This document shows, one piece after another, positions 54,027 through 64,000 of a stretch of 64,000 nucleotides of DNA. The stretch covers positions 17,567,797 to 17,631,796 of the forward strand of contig NC_068987.1 in assembly GCF_001194135.2 (NCBI RefSeq), in the 5' to 3' direction. The first letter of the stretch is position 1, and each line of letters starts with the position of its first letter. The position numbers were made by a program, and so were the translations under genes. Source of the stretch: Octopus bimaculoides (lineage: Eukaryota). The notes under the pieces are model-generated. The model saw only the letters and a program-made list of their open reading frames with translations. It was not told the DNA's origin and made no database searches.

Positions 54027-54078
<52 letters not shown>

Positions 54079-54164
54079 TGTATGTATGTATTCAAAGAAT
54101 CAATGTCTGAAACGTAAGGTCTCCTGAAAAAAAAATGGCGATCTCTGGGCCCTATCGATCCCTG

Positions 54165-54430
54165 TACATTTGGGGCGTTGGCGGTCTGTCCGAAGACTTT
54201 CTAAGAGAATGTACTGAGTTTGTGCACATCGACTAATTCTGTTGACTCTGGTGTACTCCAGGATTCCATTTTTCTTCCATACGCTTCATTCTATCAACAA
54301 AAGGCCCATTTGCCAACGTCTTCAACAATATTGAGTAATACGAATAAAACCACACATTATTCTTTTTTTTTCCCTACCCTCTCTGTTCTTTTTTTTGCCG
54401 ACGCTTATCGAAGCTCACATAACATCCTGT
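54165..54430 (+). mobile_element. Decayed CR1/L2-like RT fragment
   Basis: WGVGGLSEDFLRECTEFVHID, then VDSGVLQDSIFLP and SVLFFAD, resembling G..L.W..DFL..R.Q.V, V.SGVPQGS.LGP and LFADD. Confidence 0.5.
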
Positions 54431-54947
54431 CTGAAAGACTCAACATGCTGCTCTCTACTCTTTTCATCCATCGTAGTTTCCCCACCATCTCATAATTTTC
54501 TCTAGCCACGACGTCCATGCTTTATAATCTCGAACCTACTCCTTCTTGAATCCTTTGCCTGTGTTCTCCTTTCAGCCCTTTTACTGGTAACTGTTAAAAA
54601 TAACAATGGCATGACATCAATCTTATCGGTCTCGAAAGGGCCAAAGTGACAGCTCATTTCTTTAGGCCAACGTTAATGCAAAGATGTATTAGTAGATCTT
54701 TAAGTAAGAATATTGACCAGTTCTATTGTGACTATGTTTATACTATGACCTATTGAAGGTAGAATACCCAGCAAGATCATCTTTACTCTTTCATCCATCT
54801 GTGGTTGATATCATAACTAACATCTAAGAACTTGGCCAGATTAAAATGCCTCACCCTCCATCACATACGTAGCCTTATAACCTTGTGAGAAATGAATTAT
54901 TATTAGTATTATAGCTCTTCTTCATTTTCTTCTACTTCTTCTTCTTC

Positions 54948-55043
<96 letters not shown>

Positions 55044-55141
55044 TCCTTCTTCTTCTTCCTCACCTTCCTCTTCTTCATTTACTTTCCTCTTCTACATTTT
55101 CTTTTTCATTTTCTTCGTCGTCTTCTTCTTCTTCTTCTTCT

Positions 55142-55181
<40 letters not shown>

Positions 55182-56657
55182 TAGCTTACATTGAACTATT
55201 ATATTAGATAGAGTACTCGTACGCTATAGTAATTATCCATCACGACCAGAATCGCATTAGATCCGTTAATCTATATTGACATTACATATTTGTTATCGAT
55301 ATGATTAAGTAGAAATTTTGAGTCACAGTAATTTGAAAACCGGAAATTAATGCTTTTGGATCTCCCAAATATTTGGCAGCAGAAATAACAACATGTTTCG
55401 AATATATCTTCTTCGGGAATGCATCAATATAGATAATATGTATGGTCGAAGTAGAATCATTATAATCCTGGCATGGTATTCGTGTCAGTTATGGGTACAG
55501 ATCAAATGCAAAGTTTCCAATAATTCATTTGTGTATGCTAGGAAACCAATTTACAACATCTGTTACATGGAATGTTCCAGTTGCTCGATAAATAAGCTAT
55601 CTTTCGTTAGAAATCGGTAATACAGACATTATAAAAAAAAATTATCGTGCATCAATGACCTTTATATACTTAAACGATATACTATTTAAATCTCATATTT
55701 GATCCAATTCTCATTCTACCAATGTAAGTTCTGTATGTATAAAAGCTATTGCATTTCAATTATCAACCGATGTCTAGTTTTCGATCTATATTTCTGTCCA
55801 CTCTGGTAACATACGATGGCAAAATATGAAATTGAATCTAGAATCGATTGAGGTAACGAGGTGTTTACATTTGATTCGATGTCTTTGGGTGACATTGGAA
55901 AATAAATTCACCATGTGAAATTGTTAGATGTGACTCACTGGTCTATTCTAATCAGAACTCTATGTTTACTACACGAAAAAAAACAAAGCAGCCTTCTTTT
56001 CGCATTTGCATTATGATATAAGCCTAGTTTTGAAAATAGCAGAAGCTTTCACCGCATTTCTATAGAACGTTTGTCAAAGTATCAATAAGTAAAGTTATAT
56101 TCATACAGAAGTATAATATCGATTTATTTTATTACTTAAGAAAATTGAAAACAGAGAAAATATTTCTAGATATCGTTGATGTCAGTAAATCTTAATATAG
56201 AGAACATTTTAAAATGCTATTTTTACCCACCAGAAAAGAGGAGGATAACCTTGCAAGGACATAGCGCCTTTAGTACAACTGTCTCTGTTCATCAGTCCAT
56301 TAAATGTTCAAGATGAAAGATACGTTATTTCTTAATGATTTTGAAGTATAATAGAAAATAATGGAAAACAATGTATCATTAGATATTTGCGAATTAATAC
56401 TGATATTACTCCAAACGACTACTCAGAATCGGCTGATATAAATTAAATCATATCAATAGCATCCAACAATAAATTGAAGCTTTCCTTCTAAATATTCTAG
56501 TACCTAATATTTCTGTTATATATACATATATATATATATATGTGTGTGTGTGTGTNNNNNNNNNNNNNNNNNNNNNNNNNNNNNNNNNNNNNNNNNNNNN
56601 NNNNNNNNNNNNNNNNNNNNNNNNNNNNNNNNNNNNNNNNNNNNNNNNNNNNNNNNN

Positions 56658-56701
<44 letters not shown>

Positions 56702-57735
56702 CATATTTATATTTTTCCTTTTTATTACTCTGTTTTGTCCCTTCTTATTTCCGGACCTGTTTTTTTTTTTATATGTTTGCTTCAAGACGTCAACTTTAAT
56801 TCATTTCCACTCAACAATAGTTTCTTAATGCTTGCAATTTTTGTTTTTTCCTTCTCAGCTTCAAACAAAGAAAACTAGAAATAAATAAAAGAAATGAGTT
56901 TTACCATTTTTAGTTGCAATCACATCAACGCTAGCAAATACATGCTAACCCTGACCTTTCCTTAATAATATCTGACGGGTGAAATTCTATATTTGCTAAA
57001 TTATGGAAAATGAAATAAAAATAAAATAAAATAATTAAACGAAATCAGAACTCTTGAAAACTGTTTGGGATACTTTGTATAAAAATTGATACTATTGATT
57101 TTATTTCTTATACAAGATTCTTTTAATATTTATATATTTGTTTTAAGATTGTCTGACAAATCAATAAATATTTGACTGCCGACAATAATCTCATCAAAGG
57201 CGATAAGAGTTTCTTCTTAAGTGATATGTTATGTACACCAATGTTCATACAACAAAAGGATTATATATTTAGTTGTGGTCATTTTTTTCCTTACAAATAT
57301 CATTTGGTTTTCTTTATATTTGTCACTTAATTTACGTATTCGCCAAATATTAACCTTTTAGGCGATGTAGACTTACTGAGGATGTTTTCTATATTTCACG
57401 ATAATATAAAATAGTGTTTGTTCACTTCTTCATCGACGGATATCAACAACTCATATTTGGACTATGTTTCAATTGGCAAAGAAAGAAGAAAACTGTTGTT
57501 ATTCTTTCACAGTGTTTGATACTTAAATAAATATACAATTATAGTATATGATTGTTTATAGTATATAACTGTTTATATAAAATTATATATATATACAGAC
57601 ATACATACACACACATATATAAATATATATATATATATGCATGCATGCATGTATGTATGCATGTATGTATGTAGGTAGGTAGGTAGGTAGTTAGGTAGGT
57701 AGGTTGATAGGTAGATAGATAGGTAGGTAGGTACG

Positions 57736-57766
<31 letters not shown>

Positions 57767-58093
57767 TTATTTATGAGTTCTGACTTATCTCGCAAGCAAA
57801 TAAAAGAGGAGATTCAAAGGGTCCAACATTTTGTATAACTATTTTACAAGGTATCCCTCTGTTCCTTTTATTTATATGAAGTTAATATAGGGATTTGTGA
57901 AGACACGAAGGTGAATACTTCGTCTGAATGATGGTTGTTCGTTCCCATGAACGCTGACCGAGTTGTCCTGTCGTTAAACACGCTGTAATTTAGCCCCAGG
58001 AGACATCGTCTCCAGCTGGCTATACGACACGATCTGTGTCCTTATATTTTCGAACAAGGGAATCTAGCATCCACACTCATCTCAAAACAATAC

Positions 58094-58136
58094 CTGTTTA
58101 TCGCGATTTCTGGGTTTTTTCTCTTCATCAGCACAG
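58094..58136 (-). ncRNA. Decayed hammerhead in an unclassified repeat (~57900-58200)
   Basis: CTGTG CTGATGA AGAG aaaaaa CCCA GAAA TCGCGA T A AACAG. Intact boxes and ATCGCGAT palindrome, stem I one change from CTGTG/CACAG, stem II damaged. Confidence 0.6.
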
Positions 58137-58473
58137 AATAATTGTTCGGCTAGCGGTGGCGCTGCGAAATTCCCTTTCGAAATATATAGTTTTCAAAGTG
58201 ACAACTAGTCACTGATTTATAAATTAGAAAATTACTTGCCCAGCATAACCGCAATCCCATGACTAAAACATGTAAGAGATATATATCTATCTACCTATTT
58301 GTCTAACCATCGTCCGACGACAGTTCAGCTGGTTGAAACGATCGAAAGAGCCGCGTAAAATAATAACCAGATGTAAAAATAGTAATACGTACAACTTAAT
58401 CGACTGAACCTTTTCGACGCAGTACCCATGCACGACCGTAATACAAAGACTGAAATCACTACAAACAAAATAA

Positions 58474-58893
58474 TCTTTTCTATTCTAGGCACAAGGCCCG
58501 AAATTCTTGAGGAAAGGGCCAGTCGATTAGATCTACTCCCGTACGCAAATAGTACTTAATTTATCTGCCCCGAAAGGATGAAAGGCAAAGTCGACCTGGG
58601 CGGAATTTGAACTCAGAAAATAAACACAAGTGAAATACCGCTAAGCATTTCGCCCGGCGTGCTAACATTTCTTATTTCTTTACTGGCCAAAAGGGGATAC
58701 ACACAGGGAGGACAAACAAAGGGATTAAGTCGATTATATCGACACCAATGCGTAACTGGTACTTATTTAATCGACCCCGAAAGGATGAAAGGGAAAGTCG
58801 ACCTCGGCGAAATTTGAACTCAGAACGTAGAGGCAGACGAAATACCGCTAAACTTTTCGCCCGGCGTGCTAACAATTCTGCCAGGTCGCCACC
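58474..58893 (-). mobile_element. Full-length dimeric SINE family A
   Basis: Two tandem related monomers (58667-58893 and 58474-58666), each with gttagcacgccgggcgaaa..ttagcggtatttc plus the shared core. Joined at gtaaagaaataagaaatgttagc. Confidence 0.9.
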
Positions 58894-59369
58894 TTACTAC
58901 AAAGAAAATAATGAATCAAATATCCCCGTATCAATGCTTCATGCTGCAGGTGTATTCTAAGATGTATTTTATTTTGTGACAGTTTCAAAAATGATCGTTT
59001 ACGAAACATCAACACGAACAGCAACAACAACTGGAATTTTATAAACGTAAAAGAAAATAAATACACGTTATGCAAGAATATATATAATAATTTATATTTA
59101 ATTTTATATGTTTTACAACTTTTCTTAGAAACACATTAAGTTATTTATAAAAGTGGTAGGCGTTATAGTTCACTTCTGTTATATTCTACTCAGTCTCTGC
59201 GTGGTTGAAGGCACAAACACACGTATACGTATTGATATATCATCGTTTAAAATAATACATGATATAATGGAAAAATATTATACAATTCTAATAATATTAA
59301 AAGTACATATATATATATTATTGTACCAAATTTTTAATATGTGGGTATACTATATTTGAATGCGTGTGG

Positions 59370-59401
<32 letters not shown>

Positions 59402-60066
59402 NNNNNNNNNNNNNNNNNNNNNNNNNNNNNNNNNNNNNNNNNNNNNNNNNNNNNNNNNNNNNNNNNNNNNNNNNNNNNNNNNNNNNNNNNNNNNNNNNNN
59501 NNNNNNNNNNNNNNNNNNNNNNNNNNNNNNNNNNNNNNNNNNNNNNNNNNNNNNNNNNNNNNNNNNNNNNNNNNNNNNNNNNNNNNNNNNNNNNNNNNNN
59601 NNNNNNNNNNNNNNNNNNNNNNNNNNNNNNNNNNNNNNNNNNNNNNNNNNNNNNNNNNNNNNNNNNNNNNNNNNNNNNNNNNNNNNNNNNNNNNNNNNNN
59701 NNNNNNNNNNNNNNNNNNNNNNNNNNNNNNNNNNNNNNNNNNNNNNNNNNNNNNNNNNNNNNNNNNNNNNNNNNNNNNNNNNNNNNNNNNNNNNNNNNNN
59801 NNNNNNNNNNNNNNNNNNNNNNNNNNNNNNNNNNNNNNNNNNNNNNNNNNNNNNNNNNNNNNNNNNNNNNNNNNNNNNNNNNNNNNNNNNNNNNNNNNNN
59901 NNNNNNNNNNNNNNNNNNNNNNNNNNNNNNNNNNNNNNNNNNNNNNNNNNNNNNNNNNNNNNNNNNNNNNNNNNNNNNNNNNNNNNNNNNNNNNNNNNNN
60001 NNNNNNNNNNNNNNNNNNNNNNNNNNNNNNNNNNNNNNNNNNNNNNNNNNNNNNNNNNNNNNNNNN
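59402..60066. other. Largest assembly gap (N run) flanked by (TA)n; one of many such gaps
   Basis: Directly visible. Most gaps are bounded by TA/TG microsatellites. Confidence 1.
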
Positions 60067-60105
<39 letters not shown>

Positions 60106-60751
60106 CATATGTATTAGATTTTCACACACAAGCACACAAACACAAATACATATATACATATATATATATATGTATGTGTATATCTCTATGTATATGTATT
60201 AATATATAATATATACATGAATATACATATGTGTGTGTAGATATATATACACACACTTGTATGCGTGTTTGCACAATAGTAGACGTGTAGATGACATTTA
60301 AGCACGGCTGTGTAGCTTGTTGATTGAGTCAATTCTTCTTATAACAATCAGTTTAATCAACACAGCGTTCACCATCGTAACTGGAATAATCTGGCGACGT
60401 ATATATACGTTTTCCTGAATAACATTTACAACAGGCTACCTTATGTAAGAAGTGGGTTACTTCATATATCAGGTTCGAGTCCTATCTAAAGCTTATTTTT
60501 TACGGTTTCGTAATAGTCAAGTAAGAGGTCAATTGTAGTCTAACATTTTGTGCCTGATAGCCTGCTTTCAATACGTACCTTACATTTCTTTTGCTGTTAC
60601 ATTTATTTACGCTTTTAGTGTTGTTAACTTTCCAATTACGGTCGTACTTGAGTCCTGTGTTCAAATGTGATAGTTGATCATATCAACTCATGTCTTGCAT
60701 TTCGTTTCACTTTGATACTTGTTTTTACCAATCATAATTTATCAAATGTAA

Positions 60752-61035
60752 GGCGGCGAGCTGGCAGAATCGTCAGCACGCCGAGCGAAATGCGTAGCGG
60801 TTTTCGTCTGTCGTTACGTTCTGAAATTCAAATTCCGCCGAGGTCAACTTCACCTTTCATCCTTTCGGGGTCGATAAATTAAGTACCAGTTATGCACTGG
60901 GGTCAATGTAACCGACTTAGCCCATTTGTCTGTCCTTGTTTGTCCCCTCTATGTTTACCCTCTTGTGGGCAATAAAGAAATAAGAAAGGTTAGCACGCCG
61001 AGCAAGACGCTTAGCGGCATTTATTCTGTCTTTAT
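60752..61035 (+). mobile_element. SINE family A, first monomer plus start of second
   Basis: ggcggcgagctggcagaatcgtcagcacgccgagcgaaatg...gggcaataaagaaataagaaaggttagcacgccgagc. Confidence 0.9.
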
Positions 61036-61304
61036 ACGACATGGTTCTGCAAAGTTTCCACCTTGAGTCTTGAATCTTAGGATATGGCAAGAACATGGGT
61101 GTTATAAACTTCCATGTAGAGGGATTGAGCCCAGAACCGTGTACATGCAAAGCTAATTAATTTCATCACAAAAATTTGCTTACATACATATATACATACA
61201 CACATACAAACACACGAATATATATAGATATGTTGTGTTCTATTGGCCTGTTAACATTTAAGTGGCCTGTTAACTATTATTAAGTGGAAAGCTGACACTT
61301 TCCA

Positions 61305-61528
61305 CAGCCAGTAGACCACGGTGACACTTATTTACTGGTCGTGCTTCAAGAATACTGTGAAGAATTTTTGCAGTTGCAAGCGAGGTTGACTTTTGTACTT
61401 CACACTTGCACCAATCTTTTCCAGCCATGTTGATATTTGAGAGGTGATACTTCCAAGTGCACCAGTTACTATTTGTATCACGTCTACTTCTTTATCGACC
61501 ACAACCTTCGTATTTGACCACAAACTTC
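61305..61528 (-). mobile_element. 5'-truncated R4/Dong-like LINE 3' end
   Basis: DVIQIVTGALGSITSQISTWLEKIGASVKYKSQPRLQLQKFFTVFLK matches the RLE C-terminus V.P.VIGALG....L..WL..IG...LQK...ILRKVL. Confidence 0.75.
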
Positions 61529-61607
<79 letters not shown>

Positions 61608-61612
61608 CATCA

Positions 61613-61646
<34 letters not shown>

Positions 61647-63482
61647 ATTACAGTAGCCATCATAAATGCAATACATGGTAAAATTTAACTGGAATGTTTA
61701 TAACGTACTGGTGATAAAATGTGAAATTTTAACAATAGTTGTAGCCAAGATTAATTTAATGAGATATATTGATCCATATTTAAATGCAAAATAATTCAAT
61801 ATGATAAAATGCACTTTATATCTGGAAATAAATTTCATATTGATAACCGAGTTTGATACTTGCCTGTAGGTGAAAGAATAGTGATTAACTAGCAAACAGT
61901 AACATCAACAAAAAACTGCGAGATTGTTCAATTTATATGTCAGCGAATTTGCATTATACTCTCCGTGGAGTAGCGTATTCCTTATAGAGATATGTGGTAA
62001 TTCACATGCCTGCGTTAAAGCTAGCGGAAATCATTACGAAAGGTCATGCATCATAAGCGTAATACCACGGGTCGAAACGATCAGGTTTCTTGTGCTCCCG
62101 GCTGACATCTTGCAGTTCTGGAAGGAAATAAGTGACAGCTAACGGAGGTGTGTGCAGAGACGTGAATAGACAAGCACTTTAGCCAGTACGCATTCGGTGA
62201 TGCTTACGTCATATTTTCTTCTACATATTTGATTCTACCAAACTTACTTTTATTCAAATCAATGCCGATCAATTATTTCTTTTTCGTATTTTCCACATTG
62301 TATTTTTTTTATCCCATCTGCATTTAAATACGCATGTTCTTTATCCCTCCTATCCTTTTTATGCTGTCCGGCGTCCGTTGTCTCCACTTACACACACACG
62401 CATATATATATATATATATATATATCTATGTACGTATGTATATGTATGAATACATATATATACGTACGTACATATATATATATATATATATNNNNNNNNN
62501 NNNNNNNNNNNNNNNNNNNNNNNNNNNNNNNNNNNNNNNNNNNNNNNNNCACAGCGGTTTTACAGGTAGAGATACCAAGTTAAAGTGATACATTTTGAGA
62601 AGATATGGATAATAATAATAAATGGAACAAAACGCATATAAATAAAAGTTCCTTTAATTCCTACACATGTTTCAAAATAAATGCGACCACTTTCACAAAG
62701 AAGAAAGAGCTGCTGGGATTCCTCATATATTTCTCTTCAGGGAGTTCATAATAAAACATATAATAGCAACACAAAAACGAAATGATGAGGTAACTTACGA
62801 GCAGAGATCTTACATGGTCAGTGACCGTTAGAAGGTTTGTTTACATAGAGATATAAAGGGGTCAATGATATTATTCCATGGGCTTTAGGAATAAGAACGC
62901 TTGTTTACATAGAGATATAAAGGGAGGGGGTTGTACGTTAATTTCAAGAGCAGGCTGTGCCATTGATCGGATTAACTGGAACCCTCGTCGTCGTAACCGA
63001 CGGAGCGCCAACAACAAATATATATATATAAATATATCTGAGTTTGTGTGTGTGTGTGTGTGTGTATGTATCTATGTGTGTGTGTGTATGTGTAATTGTA
63101 ACTGTCAATAATAATGTACTGTGAATAATAGGGAGTACCATTTCCTTAATAATTGTCTGTATGAGAAAATCGGTAATACAAACACGTGCTTGTATATCAA
63201 AGAAGTCTAATGTTATTGTAATTAATTTAAGCGGTTCATTTAAACATTTGCTCTACACCACGTCTCTAATCGGTGGTATCGTGTAAATAATATATAAATG
63301 AGGTGAAGGGCAGAAGTGCCCATTATATGAACCGTACGAACAAAAGGTGAAAATTTGTCACATAATACATCGCTGAACAACTGCGTATTTCGATAACTAT
63401 AAACCGGCTCAGCTGCTGTTTTGACTGTAGTTAGTAAAGCTGACATCCATATATATAATAGGTGTTGACATCACTAAGCGCT

Positions 63483-63527
<45 letters not shown>

Positions 63528-64000
63528 ACGAACTATGGACAAGGAAACGAAGATATCACATAATACAACAACGGGGAAAATTAACTATTTTATAAATGTG
63601 TTCTGCTGAGAAATATGAATTTGGCAACAGAATTCTTAATTCTTAGTGCTGCTAATGTGATATTTAGTCACTGACAAAGCACAGCGATACAACAGATAGT
63701 GTGTTCTATGGAGTTATAGCTGTGTTAATGTAACTCACGAAAAGAATATCTAATACACACACACGCAAAAACATTATGGAGACTTGTACTAGCGATTCGA
63801 CCTCACGATATTGTCACAGTGTATAATGCTGGATGTACCTATGTTTTGTGTTAAAGGTAGATGAACATCTGAGTAGATGGTCATGTCGATCAGCAAGTCA
63901 CTCTTGAAACCAACGGTGGAATACATCTTGTATTCGTATATTTCTGCGCATGCGTGTGTATGTCTATGTTCATTTATGTATACATATACGTACACAGGAA

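Noticed and set aside
58308-58345. CCGACGA CAG..CTG gtt GAAA CGATCG as a hammerhead relic
   Set aside because: The first box is mutated, the UH site is missing and there is no stem I. Too degenerate to support.
62836-62925. ~23-bp direct repeat tgtttacatagagatataaaggg separated by ~40 bp
   Set aside because: Only two copies, most simply a local slippage duplication.
63240-63920. Two possible minus-strand exons (SDLLIDMTIY..., KTAAEPVYSY...)
   Set aside because: Splice signals are mediocre and the peptide is unrecognised.

Overview
AT-rich animal genomic DNA from a draft scaffold, with many N gaps that mostly sit in or beside (TA)n/(TG)n tracts. The repeat families and microsatellite load suggest an octopus or other coleoid cephalopod; this is an inference. 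No complete gene is present. The window is dominated by microsatellites, four tRNA-headed SINE families, decayed LINEs (R4/Dong-like, RTE-like, CR1/L2-like), decayed Penelope-like elements (PLEs), and DNA-transposon and Helitron-like remnants. A few phase-compatible candidate exons of an unrecognised minus-strand gene are low confidence. The main signal is about a dozen minimal type I hammerhead ribozyme motifs (CUGANGA / stem II / GAAA / palindromic stem III / NUH / stem I) spread over several unrelated repeats. Two look intact: 35027-35094 (+) and 13784-13829 (-). The second lies in the 3' tail of a tRNA-headed SINE-like element, i.e. a Pol III head fused to a PLE-type ribozyme tail. Three large inverted structures also stand out: a head-to-head Penelope pair, a perfect 177-bp inverted repeat enclosing the intact ribozyme, and a 76-bp near-perfect palindrome. 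All structures were read by eye, with no folding or database search, and coordinates of decayed elements are approximate.
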